Source: Minisyncoccia bacterium (GTDB lineage: Bacteria; Patescibacteriota; Minisyncoccia; Phycocordibacterales; UBA9973). From it: DNA of 53,716 nt. Position numbers and translations under genes: made by a program. Positions 18,516 to 28,186 of this stretch are shown in pieces. Numbering within the stretch: the stretch's first letter is position 1; each line of letters opens with the position of its first letter. Below the pieces are notes generated by a model, which was not told the DNA's origin, did not search any database, and saw nothing but the letters and a program-made list of their open reading frames with translations. Location of the stretch: the NCBI GenBank assembly GCA_044229265.1, contig JBGATK010000001.1, positions 101,776 through 155,491 of the forward strand. The letters are read 5' to 3'.

Positions 18516-21050
18516 TTAATATACTTTAAATAAAATATTAGTTTCAGTTTTATTGTAAACACTGTCATATACTATTACACGTAAATCATTCTCATCTTTT
18601 AAATTATCTATATTTGATAAATTTATATTGTAATAAAGTGGTGTGTTTACGGTCTCTAAATATATACCATTTATAAATACATCCATTTTTGTAATTGGAA
18701 ATTTTCCACTAGCCTGCACATTTACGTTTATTGAACTATTTTTAGCGTAGGTTGAGTCTGTATTAGGTTCAATGATATTTACTGTGGGCTTGTTGTATTC
18801 TGTGTGAACATCATCATAACCAGTTGGTTTTTGTGATCCATCGTTTATATTGTATTTATATTTATTTTTTTCCCACCAGTCTTGAATAGGAGTATTCCAA
18901 TGTTCATACTGGGCATTGCTTGTAGGATTTGTGGGTGCTGGTCCGAGGATATTTTCTCTATCAACCCAATAAAGAATAGATTTTACATTTGTAATAGTTT
19001 TTTCTTCAAGTGTTTCTTTTGGTGTTAGTTCTGTGGCAAGTTTACCTGAAATTTTATCTATAAAATAACTTTCACCACCTTGCCATATGCCACGGATAGC
19101 TGGTTTTGTGTTTTTAATATCATTTACAAGATCTGGTTTTTCAAATTGTTCTTTTGGTACTACTTTTAAGGCTTCTTGCATGAATTTATTCCAAATAGGC
19201 CCAGCGAGAGCTGAACCACCTTTTTTCATTGGTTTATTATCATTGTTTCCAGCCCAAACACCGGCTACTATAGTAGGACTATAACCTATAATCCAAGCGT
19301 CTTTATTGTTGTTAGTGGTACCAGTTTTAGCTGCTACATCATAACCAGGTATATAAAGAGGGGAGTTCGCTCCAAAAGTAGGGATTCTGGCTTTATTATC
19401 ACTTAAAACGTCTGATACGGTTAGTGCTACATTTTTTGATAAAACCTCCTGTTCTTGTTGTTTGTATTCTTCTAAAATTTCACCGTTATTATTTTCAACT
19501 TGAAGTATGCCAGTATAAGGATTTTTAATTCCATTGTTTGCAAAAACACCATATGCCGAAGTCATTTCTATTAATTTAGCTTCACCACCTCCTATGACTA
19601 GCGTTAATCCATAACGACTACGATCTTTTAGTGTGGTAATACCTAAATCTTCAGCCATATTCATTGAGTCATTTGTGCCAGCAAGATAAAAAAGCTTAAC
19701 AGCTGGTATGTTTATAGATTGAGCGAGTGCATCACGTAAACTCATTGGACCACGAAAAGCATTATCATAATTATCTGGGCTATAGCAATCTTTCTGATTT
19801 TTACCAGGAAGTGCTTTGCCATAAACAGTACATCCAGTGTTAAATTCTGTTGGCACATCAAAAAGAACTGTGTCTGGAGTGAATCCCTTTTTAAAAGCAG
19901 TAGCATAAATAAATGGTTTAAAAGAAGATCCTGGCTGTCTGTCAGCTGTGGCTATATTAAAAGCACCATCAATTTCTTTATCAAAATAGTCGCGTGACCC
20001 TACCATTGTCAAAATTTGACCTGTTTTAGGGTCAATAGCGACAAGTGCAGCATTTGATCCACCCCAGTCTTTTTCATTTTTTAAAGCGCCTTCTTTCACT
20101 ATTGTTTCTGCTTTTTGCTGAAGTTCCGCATTAAGAGTTGTAATTACTTTTAATCCACCATTTTCAATAACTTCAACGCCGTATTTTTCTTCTAAGTATT
20201 CACGTATAAAAAATACAAAATGTGGAGCTTTAATCCCACTATTTGCAAGAGGTTGAAAGACAACATTTTCATTTCTAGCTTTTTCATATTCTTCAGTATT
20301 TATAATACCTAGCTCTTTCATTCTAGAAAGGACTAGATTTTTCCTTTCATCTAAGCGACCCTTATTTTTACCGTAAGGAGAAAGTACGGTTGGGGATTGT
20401 GGTATAGCAGCTAAATAAGCTGATTCACCAAGAGTTAAATCCGCTGCATTTTTATTAAAGTAAGTTTTACTTGCTTCTTCTACTCCATAAATATTTCCTC
20501 CATATGGAGCTTCATTTAAATAGAAAGCTAGTATTTCTTCTTTTGAAAAAACTTTTTCTATTTTTATGGCTAGAATCCATTCTTTTATTTTTCTAGTATA
20601 AGTCTTTTTCTGTGTTAATAGGGTATTTTTTACAAGCTGTTGGGTAATAGTTGAACCACCTTGAGTTTTACCCACACCAGTAATGTTTGCTAAAATAGCT
20701 CGTAGTATAGATAGAGGTCTAATTCCTTTGTGTTTATAAAATTCAGCGTCTTCTATAGCTATGGTTGCATTTTTTACATTATTATTGATTTTGTCAAAAG
20801 GAACAATTGTTCTTTTTATATCTTGATGTATATCAAAAAGTAATATTTCTCCTGTTCTGTCATATATTTTAGTAGAACTTGAGATTTTACGCTCTTCAAA
20901 AGAAGAAAAGTCAGGTATTTTTAATGTAGCTAGATAAATTAAGGTTAAAGCAATGAGTAAAATAGCACCTCCTGTCAAAAATAACATTAAATTTCTAAAG
21001 TAGTGTTTGTTGTTTTTTCTCTTTCCAAATACACGATGAATTTTTTTCAT
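18516..21050 (-). CDS. bifunctional class A penicillin-binding protein (glycosyltransferase + transpeptidase)
   Basis: GT51 motifs EDAEFYKHKGI, GGSTITQQL and RKIKE. Transpeptidase motifs SSFKP (SxxK), SIN (SxN) and KTGTT. N-terminal TM anchor. Confidence 0.9.
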   Translation of the reverse strand: MKKIHRVFGKRKNNKHYFRNLMLFLTGGAILLIALTLIYLATLKIPDFSSFEERKISSSTKIYDRTGEILLFDIHQDIKRTIVPFDKINNNVKNATIAIEDAEFYKHKGIRPLSILRAILANITGVGKTQGGSTITQQLVKNTLLTQKKTYTRKIKEWILAIKIEKVFSKEEILAFYLNEAPYGGNIYGVEEASKTYFNKNAADLTLGESAYLAAIPQSPTVLSPYGKNKGRLDERKNLVLSRMKELGIINTEEYEKARNENVVFQPLANSGIKAPHFVFFIREYLEEKYGVEVIENGGLKVITTLNAELQQKAETIVKEGALKNEKDWGGSNAALVAIDPKTGQILTMVGSRDYFDKEIDGAFNIATADRQPGSSFKPFIYATAFKKGFTPDTVLFDVPTEFNTGCTVYGKALPGKNQKDCYSPDNYDNAFRGPMSLRDALAQSINIPAVKLFYLAGTNDSMNMAEDLGITTLKDRSRYGLTLVIGGGEAKLIEMTSAYGVFANNGIKNPYTGILQVENNNGEILEEYKQQEQEVLSKNVALTVSDVLSDNKARIPTFGANSPLYIPGYDVAAKTGTTNNNKDAWIIGYSPTIVAGVWAGNNDNKPMKKGGSALAGPIWNKFMQEALKVVPKEQFEKPDLVNDIKNTKPAIRGIWQGGESYFIDKISGKLATELTPKETLEEKTITNVKSILYWVDRENILGPAPTNPTSNAQYEHWNTPIQDWWEKNKYKYNINDGSQKPTGYDDVHTEYNKPTVNIIEPNTDSTYAKNSSINVNVQASGKFPITKMDVFINGIYLETVNTPLYYNINLSNIDNLKDENDLRVIVYDSVYNKTETNILFKVY

Positions 21051-21083
21051 TACAACACAATTATAGCAAAAATAGCGGAAAAA

Positions 21084-21092
21084 TGATATTAT
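21084..21092 (+). promoter_or_regulatory. extended -10 (TGaTATTAT) of tyrS, 7 nt before the ATG
   Basis: aaaTGaTATTATtttttgtATG. Confidence 0.5.
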
Positions 21093-21099
21093 TTTTTGT

Positions 21100-22272
21100 A
21101 TGGTTATTGTAGATGAAAAGAAAATAGAAAGTCTTCTTTCTCGAGGGGTAGAGAATGTGCTCGTTAAAGAAGAGCTTCGAAAAAAATTACTTTCAGGTAA
21201 AAAACTTAAAGTTTATTTAGGTATTGATCCAACTGGGCCAACTTTACATATGGGGCATATGATTCCTATTTTGAAATTAAAAGAATTTCAAGATCTGGGG
21301 CATCAAGTAATACTTCTTATGGGCGATTTTACAGCAATGATAGGCGATCCTACAGACAAACTTGCAACACGTAAACCTCTTACAAAACAAGAAGTTAAAA
21401 ATAATTTAAAAAAATACAAAAAACAAGCAAGTAAGTTTTTAAAATTTACTGGTGCCAATAAAGCAGAATTTATGTTTAATTCAGCATGGCTTTCAAAAAT
21501 GTCTTTCTCTGAAGTTTTGTCTTTAGCGAGTCATATTACAGTAGACCAAATGCTAAAGCGTGACATGTTTGCTAAAAGACAAGAAGAAGGCAAGCCTATT
21601 TTTCTTCATGAGTTTATGTATCCGCTTATGCAAGGCTATGATTCTGTGGCTATGGATGTAGATGTAGAAGTAGGAGGCAATGACCAGACATTTAACATGC
21701 TTGTGGGGCGTGATTTGGTAAGTGAAATTTTAGGTAAAACAAAAGAAGTTATTTCTATGAAATTATTAGCTGATAATTCCGGTAAAAAAATGGGTAAAAC
21801 AGAAGGCAATATGATAGCTTTTGATGACACTCCAGAAAATATTTTTGGCAAAGTTATGAGTTTTCATGATTCACTTATCGATATTGGTTTTGAACTTTGC
21901 ACTAATGTAGAAAAAAATGATATACCAAAAGGTGACAATCCAAAAGATCGTAAAATGATTTTAGCCAGTTCTATTACAGCGATGTTTTTTGATGAAAAAA
22001 AAGCTAAAGATGCTAGATATGATTGGATTAAGAAGTTTGAGAAAAAAGAAATTCCAGACGAGCTTTTAGGGCTTGTTGGTTTAGGGAAAAGCTTGATGGA
22101 AATATTAGTTGATAATAAGATATTAGTGTCCAAGGGCTCTTATAGGCGTCTGGTAGAAGAGGGGGCAATATTGGATCTTAATACTAAGCAAAAAATTGTT
22201 GATTCTAGTTTCATCCCTCAAAAAGGACAAAAATTCAAAATAGGTAAAAAAATCTTTGTTGAAATAAAATAA
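21100..22272 (+). CDS. tyrS: tyrosyl-tRNA synthetase
   Basis: GIDPTGPTLHMGH (HIGH region) and KMGKT (KMSKS). C-terminal S4-like tail. The length and the class I TyrRS-style N-terminus distinguish it from TrpRS. Confidence 0.88.
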   Translation: MVIVDEKKIESLLSRGVENVLVKEELRKKLLSGKKLKVYLGIDPTGPTLHMGHMIPILKLKEFQDLGHQVILLMGDFTAMIGDPTDKLATRKPLTKQEVKNNLKKYKKQASKFLKFTGANKAEFMFNSAWLSKMSFSEVLSLASHITVDQMLKRDMFAKRQEEGKPIFLHEFMYPLMQGYDSVAMDVDVEVGGNDQTFNMLVGRDLVSEILGKTKEVISMKLLADNSGKKMGKTEGNMIAFDDTPENIFGKVMSFHDSLIDIGFELCTNVEKNDIPKGDNPKDRKMILASSITAMFFDEKKAKDARYDWIKKFEKKEIPDELLGLVGLGKSLMEILVDNKILVSKGSYRRLVEEGAILDLNTKQKIVDSSFIPQKGQKFKIGKKIFVEIK

Positions 22273-22307
22273 CCCCATTGCTCGAAAGCGACGGGGTTAT
22301 TTTATTT
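22271..22307 (+). terminator. intrinsic terminator of tyrS
   Basis: An aacccc ... ggggtt stem enclosing a 16-nt loop, followed by attttattt. Confidence 0.65.
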
Positions 22308-22579
22308 AAGTAAAATCATTATCTGGGTCATCACTATCGATGTCTTCAAAGTGCATGCCTTCCATTTCATCTTCTAGTGGGTCGAAGTCAGAACTATCTC
22401 CTCCAAAATCACTTCCACCCATTACATCATCATAACTCATTTGTTTAAAATTTTTATTTATATATTTTTAACGACCTTTAATTGTTTTTTTAAAAAATTA
22501 AAAATTAACTTTATATTGTTTATACTTTGTATCAAAATAAAAAATTCTATGCAAACTTTAAAATGTGGAAAACTGTTTT

Positions 22580-23056
22580 TTATTTTTTTAAATAAACACC
22601 TGCAGTTAAAGCTATAGCTATAGCATCTAGCTCGTCGTCGGAATTTTTATTTTTATCAATATCTACAAGCATTTTTATCATTTTATTTATTTCTTGTTTG
22701 CCAGAGTGTCCATATCCTGTGATGGCATTTTTTATTTGCGGTGGTGTAGCTTCAAAAATTTCTAATTTATTTTTCTCTGCTAAATATAAAATCATGCCAC
22801 GAACTTCGCTTACATGCATAGCAGTTTTTTGATTCGTGTTCAGAAAAAGGGTTTCAATGCTTAGTATTTCTGGTTTGTATTTTTTAATTATTTTTTTTAT
22901 TTCTTGGCCGAGTAATAATAAGCGTTGTGAAAAGGGTAGGTTTGCTTTGGTTTTAAAACAAGTAGAAAAAACAACAATATCTTTTTGTCCTTTTGTTTTT
23001 TCCGTAATAGCGATACCTAGACGTTCATAGCCAGGATCAATACCTAAGATTTTCAT
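22580..23056 (-). CDS. ruvC: Holliday junction resolvase RuvC
   Basis: The N-terminus MKILGIDPGYERLGIAI carries the catalytic Asp, and DELDAIAIA lies near the C-terminus. Confidence 0.9.
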   Translation of the reverse strand: MKILGIDPGYERLGIAITEKTKGQKDIVVFSTCFKTKANLPFSQRLLLLGQEIKKIIKKYKPEILSIETLFLNTNQKTAMHVSEVRGMILYLAEKNKLEIFEATPPQIKNAITGYGHSGKQEINKMIKMLVDIDKNKNSDDELDAIAIALTAGVYLKK

Positions 23057-23065
23057 AATTAAAAT

Positions 23066-23368
23066 TTATCCTTGCATTAGTTCCATTAGTGGCAACAGTT
23101 CCTCGCGGTATTTTGAAACTTCAGTTTTGTATTTACTCATGACAGCCATTATTGCATATTGGTCAGGCATGCCAGATTTTTTCTTTTCTTCTATTTCTTT
23201 TTGAATTTTATCCATTAATTCTTTCAACTCTTTATTTTCCTCCATTTTTTTCAAATTTTCAGCCAAGCCGGGATTTTTCTCGAGCTTCTCAATTATTTTT
23301 TCTGCTTGCTCACTACTAATTCCCTTCATTTGAAGGGTTTTCTTTAATAAAAATGATTTTATAGACAT
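23066..23368 (-). CDS. hypothetical Lys/Glu-rich helical protein
   Basis: 100-aa ORF between ruvB and ruvC on the same strand. No motif recognised. Confidence 0.5.
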   Translation of the reverse strand: MSIKSFLLKKTLQMKGISSEQAEKIIEKLEKNPGLAENLKKMEENKELKELMDKIQKEIEEKKKSGMPDQYAIMAVMSKYKTEVSKYREELLPLMELMQG

Positions 23369-23408
23369 AAGGTTAATATAACAAATTATTATTTTAAATC
23401 AAACCACT

Positions 23409-24437
23409 TCACTCGCGAGTGACGTGGTCAAAATCCATATGATTATATGCTTTATCTTGCGCTACTCGTCCACGGGGGTTGCGTTCAATGAGGCCTAGCT
23501 GAAGTAGGTAAGGCTCTATAACTTCTTCTATCGTGGCTTCTTCTTCACTCATAGCAGCTGCCATTGTTTTTAGTCCAACTGGCCCTCCACTGAATTTATC
23601 TATAAGAATTTCTAAATAACGACGATCATTTTGATTTAATCCTAGTTCATCTACAGCTAGCATGTTTAAAGATTTTTTTACTTGCTCTTTACTAATATTT
23701 TTTTTGCCTGCCCCGTGCCGAGCTTGCTCTGGTTCGGGGTTTACTTGAGCATAGTCGCGAGCTCTTTTTAAAAAGTAATTTGCTGTTCTCGGAGTACTTC
23801 TACTTCTTTTGGCTATTTCCATCAAAGCTTCTTCTTCAAGCTCTGTATTTAAAATTTTACTGGAGCGTTTTATTATATTTGCAATTTCTTCTTCTGTATA
23901 AAACTCAAGGCGGAATACTCCTCCGCCAAAACGTGAACGAAGTGGTGCAGATACCATAGACACTCTTGTCGTTGCAGCTATAAGTGTAAAAGGAGGGAGG
24001 TCGAGTTGTATGGTCCTGGCAGCTGGCCCTTTGCCTATAATTATATCTAATACACCAGACTCCATGGCTGGGTATAATATTTCCTCTACCATTTTATTCA
24101 AACGGTGGATTTCATCAATAAATAAAATATCTCCAGCAGAAAGGTTTGTAAGAATAGAAGCGAGGTCGCCAACTTTTTCTATAGCAGGACCAGAAGTTAT
24201 TTTCATCTGTCTACCAGTTTCTTTTGCTATTAGGTGGGCGAGAGTGGTCTTACCCAGGCCGGGTGGCCCATAAAATAGTATATGTTCAGGTATGTGGCCA
24301 CGTTCTTCTGCTGCTTTTAAGAGTATTAGCAGGTTGTCTTTGATGTGTTTTTGACCAATATATTCAGCCCAAGAAGATGGACGCAATGCTTGGTCTAAAA
24401 AAGTGTCTTTATTTTCTTGATTATTAGGTATTGACAT
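23409..24437 (-). CDS. ruvB: Holliday junction branch migration ATPase RuvB
   Basis: Walker A GPPGLGKTT, Walker B FIDEIHR, sensor and Arg-finger regions, and a C-terminal winged helix. Contains a ~10-aa G+C-rich insertion (see findings). Confidence 0.95.
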   Translation of the reverse strand: MSIPNNQENKDTFLDQALRPSSWAEYIGQKHIKDNLLILLKAAEERGHIPEHILFYGPPGLGKTTLAHLIAKETGRQMKITSGPAIEKVGDLASILTNLSAGDILFIDEIHRLNKMVEEILYPAMESGVLDIIIGKGPAARTIQLDLPPFTLIAATTRVSMVSAPLRSRFGGGVFRLEFYTEEEIANIIKRSSKILNTELEEEALMEIAKRSRSTPRTANYFLKRARDYAQVNPEPEQARHGAGKKNISKEQVKKSLNMLAVDELGLNQNDRRYLEILIDKFSGGPVGLKTMAAAMSEEEATIEEVIEPYLLQLGLIERNPRGRVAQDKAYNHMDFDHVTRE

Positions 24438-24459
24438 TTGTTTTTGTATATGCTATACT
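24431..24459 (+). promoter_or_regulatory. near-consensus sigma70-type promoter with no downstream ORF
   Basis: TTGACA (24431-24436), a 17-nt spacer including TG (24451-24452), then TATACT (24454-24459). It points into the 375-bp non-coding gap. The -35 overlaps the ruvB start codon on the other strand. Confidence 0.6.
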
Positions 24460-24511
24460 CTCCTAGTAAAGTTATTAACGGTTTTCAACATTATATCCAC
24501 ATTATAACATT

Positions 24512-24539
24512 TTGAAGTCGTTTTTTAAAATAGTATAAT
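24512..24539 (+). promoter_or_regulatory. second promoter-like element in the same gap
   Basis: TTGAAG (24512-24517), a 16-nt spacer, then TATAAT (24534-24539). Confidence 0.45.
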
Positions 24540-24612
24540 AATAAGTGTAAGGTTAGTATATTTTTCTATTTTTGTTTCTTGCTTTAGTTTACTTTTGCAA
24601 TTCAAAAAGAGG

Positions 24613-24762
24613 GCACTAATCTCTAAGCAATCAGCCTCTGGTTATACAATTTTGCGTGGGACGTTCTGGTAATTTTTTAAATTTTCTGGGGCTATCCTTC
24701 AAGGATTTGTTACTTTTTGGGCTAAAGTCCTCAAAGGATTGTTTAGAGATTAGTGCTTTTTT
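24613..24762 (+). ncRNA. candidate structured small RNA of unknown class
   Basis: A 20-bp closing stem (24613-24632 pairs with 24737-24756, one G-U) encloses ~100 nt with small internal hairpins and is followed by TTTTTT (24757-24762). Promoters lie upstream and there is no ORF. Strand is inferred from the promoters and the U-tract. Confidence 0.4.
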
Positions 24763-24774
24763 AATTTTTACTTG

Positions 24775-24808
24775 AAAAAATTATCCTGCGAAGCTTTAGC
24801 GTAGCAGG
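24775..24808 (-). terminator. intrinsic terminator of the LOG-family gene
   Basis: On the minus strand, a cctgc ... gcagg stem followed by ataattttttcaag. Confidence 0.55.
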
Positions 24809-24814
24809 GTTGGA

Positions 24815-25492
24815 TTATTTTAATTTATATTTTTCGTAATTTATACAAAAATCTTTTCCACCAACTTTGAAGCTCTTATGAGCTTCTTTTATTATTTTTA
24901 GAGCTTGTTTATGATTTTTTGCTAGGAATACTAGTCTATAATCAGCTTCTTCTAGATATTTTTTTGCTAGTGGTTCTTTTGCTATCCACCTTAGTAGCCC
25001 ACGATAATTGTCGCCCATTAGAATTATGGGGATATTACATAAATGTTTTACTTGAACCAATTGCCAAGTATAGAAAAGTTCTAGTAATGTGCCGAGACCT
25101 CCAGGTGCCACCACTACAGCATTTGATGACAGCATAAATTCATCTAGACGGCCTGAAAATCTTTGAAACATGGTTTTATATTCTACTGCATCATTGAATT
25201 TTTGTTCTTGAGGGAGTTTAATGCCGAGTCCTATGGTGTGTGTTGCTTCTTTGCCACTTTCTTCGCCACCTAATTTGTGCCCCTCACTCGCTGCACGCAT
25301 AATACCACCACCGCCACCAGTAATAAGATCTATGCCTGTTTTACCTAAGCCATAGCCTAATTTAAAAACTTCATCGTATTCTGCACCGTTTTCTACTCTG
25401 GCTGAGCCGAAAATCGTTACTTTAAAATGTTTTATATCTTCTGCTAAAAATTTCTCAAAATCTTCTAGTGTTTCTATTTCTCTTTTTTCCAT
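24815..25492 (-). CDS. LOG/TIGR00730-family Rossmann protein (nucleotide phosphoribohydrolase-like)
   Basis: Motifs TGGGGGIMRAASEG and VVAPGGLGTLLELF (PGGxGTxxE) are typical of the LOG / lysine-decarboxylase-like family. Confidence 0.75.
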   Translation of the reverse strand: MEKREIETLEDFEKFLAEDIKHFKVTIFGSARVENGAEYDEVFKLGYGLGKTGIDLITGGGGGIMRAASEGHKLGGEESGKEATHTIGLGIKLPQEQKFNDAVEYKTMFQRFSGRLDEFMLSSNAVVVAPGGLGTLLELFYTWQLVQVKHLCNIPIILMGDNYRGLLRWIAKEPLAKKYLEEADYRLVFLAKNHKQALKIIKEAHKSFKVGGKDFCINYEKYKLK

Positions 25493-25496
25493 AATT

Positions 25497-27194
25497 TTAT
25501 TCTTCGTATAAATCTACTACACTTTGCACTTCTTCGACTGAAGTAATTCCATTTAATATCTTTACTATACCATCCTCTCGCATTGAAAGTATACCTTGGG
25601 TTTTGGCTATTTTTTTTATCTCTCTTTCTGATGGGTTGATAGACATTATGTTTTCAATTTTTTCATCGGTTTTTATTGCTTCAAATATACCTATGCGTCC
25701 TTTGAAACCAGTTTGATTGCATTTGTCACAACCGGTGTGAGTGTATAGTTTTATAGGAGCATCTTTTGTAAGACCATATGTGGCTAAATCTTTATTTTGT
25801 TCAACCATGCCGGAAATAATTTCTTTTATAATTTCTATTTCTTTTCCCGGATTAATTTTTTCTGTTTTGCAATAATTGCAAAGTTTGCGTACTAGGCGCT
25901 GTGCAAGCGATAGGGAAAGTGCCGAGCCCATTATTTTTGGATTTACTTCGAGATCAATCAAGCGTGGAATAACTCCCGCAGCATTGTTTGTGTGTAAAGT
26001 AGAAAAAACAAGGTGCCCAGTCAGTGCTGATTGCACAGCTATTTTTGCAGTTTCTTTGTCGCGAATTTCTCCGACCATAATTACATCAGGATCTTGGCGA
26101 AGTGCAGCCCGCAGGCCCTCTAAGAATCCGTACTCTTCTTCGCCATCTACTTGAGTTTGAGTAATTCCACCAAGTCTATATTCCACTGGGTCTTCAATAG
26201 TAATTATATTTATTTCAGTCGAATATATTTTTCGTAGGAATGCATACAGTGTGGTAGTTTTACCAGAACCAGTAGGGCCAGTCACTAAGATAAGACCATT
26301 TGGTTTTTTTATTTCTTCTTCGATTATATTAAATAAATATTTTTCTATACCCATATCTTCTAATTTTATTTGAATAGATTTTGGATCGAGTATACGCATA
26401 ACTATAGCCTCGCCAAAAGATCCTGGTATAAGTGATGTACGAATACTTATCTCTTCATCACCTTCTTCTATGCTGAATCTACCATCTTGAGCATTTTCTG
26501 AAGTTAATTTCATGCCCGAGAGTAATTTGATGCGAGAGTTCAGTAAGCGATAAATTTGTGGAGTAAAAAAACACAAATCTTGCAGGACACCATCGAGGCG
26601 TAGACGAAGACGAGCGCGTTCTTTTTCAGCTTCGATATGTATATCTGAAGCACCGATAGATATTGCTCCCGCTAGTATTATTTCCAGTAGGCGAGTTAAT
26701 TTATGTACCTTTTCTTTATTTAAATTCTCATCGATAAGCACTTTTATATCTTGCATTTGTTTTATAGCTTTTGCTGTATCACGCAAAACTTCTGCTGATA
26801 TATCGATACCTCCGATTTTACTATTTTCTGCCATTGAGAGCTCGAGATATCTACCCCAAACTTTTTCTATTGAAGCACCTGATGCCATGTAAAATTTTGG
26901 TATTAAATTCGAGCGAGCCATCTCTTCGGTTAGTTTATCTTCTAAATCTTTGCTTGGGCTACGAAGAGCGATAAAAATGTTTTTTCCAGAAAGTTTAAAT
27001 GGAGCTACTTTTAAAGCGTGAGCATCTTTTTCATTTATATAGCGAAGGGCTTCGTTATCAATACCGAGGCGGTATAGGTCTACGTAGGGAAGGCCATATT
27101 TGCTTTCAGATAATACTGATACTAATTCTTCCTCCTCTTTTCTACGAAGTTCGTCTAATTGCTTATTTTGTTTGTCTTCATCAAAAGTGTGCAT
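25497..27194 (-). CDS. PilB/GspE-family secretion ATPase
   Basis: Walker A GPTGSGKTT, Asp box, Walker B VIMVGEIRD, His box TGHLVFSTLHTN, and a tetracysteine motif (CNYC...CDKC). The ATG at 27194 is preferred over the track's TTG at 27200. PilB cannot be separated from GspE by eye. Confidence 0.88.
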   Translation of the reverse strand: MHTFDEDKQNKQLDELRRKEEEELVSVLSESKYGLPYVDLYRLGIDNEALRYINEKDAHALKVAPFKLSGKNIFIALRSPSKDLEDKLTEEMARSNLIPKFYMASGASIEKVWGRYLELSMAENSKIGGIDISAEVLRDTAKAIKQMQDIKVLIDENLNKEKVHKLTRLLEIILAGAISIGASDIHIEAEKERARLRLRLDGVLQDLCFFTPQIYRLLNSRIKLLSGMKLTSENAQDGRFSIEEGDEEISIRTSLIPGSFGEAIVMRILDPKSIQIKLEDMGIEKYLFNIIEEEIKKPNGLILVTGPTGSGKTTTLYAFLRKIYSTEINIITIEDPVEYRLGGITQTQVDGEEEYGFLEGLRAALRQDPDVIMVGEIRDKETAKIAVQSALTGHLVFSTLHTNNAAGVIPRLIDLEVNPKIMGSALSLSLAQRLVRKLCNYCKTEKINPGKEIEIIKEIISGMVEQNKDLATYGLTKDAPIKLYTHTGCDKCNQTGFKGRIGIFEAIKTDEKIENIMSINPSEREIKKIAKTQGILSMREDGIVKILNGITSVEEVQSVVDLYEE

Positions 27195-27255
27195 TATCAA
27201 GTAATTATACTATATTAGAGGCCTTAAAATAAAGGATTTTTAAGCATTTTTACCC

Positions 27256-27284
27256 TTGACTTTTAGCATAAAATATGCTATACT
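27256..27284 (+). promoter_or_regulatory. consensus-like promoter for the 27345 gene
   Basis: TTGACT (27256-27261), a 17-nt spacer with TG at 27276-27277, then TATACT (27279-27284). Confidence 0.65.
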
Positions 27285-27344
27285 ATATAGGTAAACTGAT
27301 CTTTGTATTTTTTAACCGGTCTTTGTGCCACAAAATATTAAAAC

Positions 27345-28100
27345 ATGAAAAATTTAGTTTTTCTTTTCTCATTTATTTTTTCATCTTTTTCTTTTTTGGT
27401 GGCTCAGAGGTCACCAGTAATGCCATATGGCACCCATACACAGGAAGATATAATTTCTTTCCTGAACCGTGGGAGCGATACGGCAAAGGTATTCAAAAAA
27501 ATTCTTCTCTATAGAGTAAATAAACTTATAGGGAATAATTATAAACCTCTTACTTACGAGGCTATCCCTTGGATTTTGGAACATGTCTCCTCTGAAGAGA
27601 TAAGTTTCGAAGCTGGAGTTTATAAAAACTCTGGTTGGAACCAAAAGACAAAAGAGATAGAATCCTTTCCGGGTAAAAAATGGGAAGGGTTTGTGGGGGT
27701 TTTTAGATGGGAAGGATATGAATTGATTTTATATAAAGAGAATTGTTTAAATTTTCTTTATGTAGAAACAAGCTCAGTGCCTGCACCAAAAGCCGAAACC
27801 AAAGATGACGATCTTCCTTTTGATCCTCCGAAAGAGGAAGAGAAAAAAGATAATCGTATTCCCGTCGGCGCTACTATTTATAGCGGTGGCACTGAGTATC
27901 ATTTTACTGAATCTCAAGCTCGATTTTTTTATTTCGAGAATCAGGAGGATATGAGATTCAGAACATGGCGTCCTTCAGGAAGGAGTAAATCTTTCTGTTG
28001 CAATGGCGACAGATTAGATTACTCAAAGTTTGTTTTTGAGCCTAATGAGCCTCATGGTAAAGGCCACGGTGGCAAAAAAACATATTTTGGTCATAGATAA
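27345..28100 (+). CDS. secreted hypothetical protein
   Basis: Signal peptide MKNLVFLFSFIFSSFSFLVAQ and a His/Gly/Lys-rich C-terminus. No motif recognised. Confidence 0.6.
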   Translation: MKNLVFLFSFIFSSFSFLVAQRSPVMPYGTHTQEDIISFLNRGSDTAKVFKKILLYRVNKLIGNNYKPLTYEAIPWILEHVSSEEISFEAGVYKNSGWNQKTKEIESFPGKKWEGFVGVFRWEGYELILYKENCLNFLYVETSSVPAPKAETKDDDLPFDPPKEEEKKDNRIPVGATIYSGGTEYHFTESQARFFYFENQEDMRFRTWRPSGRSKSFCCNGDRLDYSKFVFEPNEPHGKGHGGKKTYFGHR

Positions 28101-28126
28101 TTAATTTTATTTTGACCAAAAATTAT

Positions 28127-28157
28127 AGGTCTTGCTTAAAGTAGCAAGGCCTTTTTT
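28127..28157 (+). terminator. intrinsic terminator
   Basis: aggtcttgct / agcaaggcct stem (one G-U), a 6-nt loop, then TTTTTT. Confidence 0.8.
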
Positions 28158-28186
28158 ATTTCTCTTTTTATGTTAGGATTTGTTTT

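Noticed and set aside
25497-27194. The PilB/GspE ATPase considered as part of the T4SS-like operon or of a local pilus cluster
   Set aside because: It is 12 kb away on the opposite strand among housekeeping genes. No pilC, pilM-Q, pilin or prepilin peptidase genes are adjacent in this window.
27275-27514. 79-aa ORF overlapping the start of the 27345 gene
   Set aside because: It begins inside the -10 element of the promoter, is in a different frame from the signal-peptide-bearing 251-aa ORF, and has a low-complexity translation.
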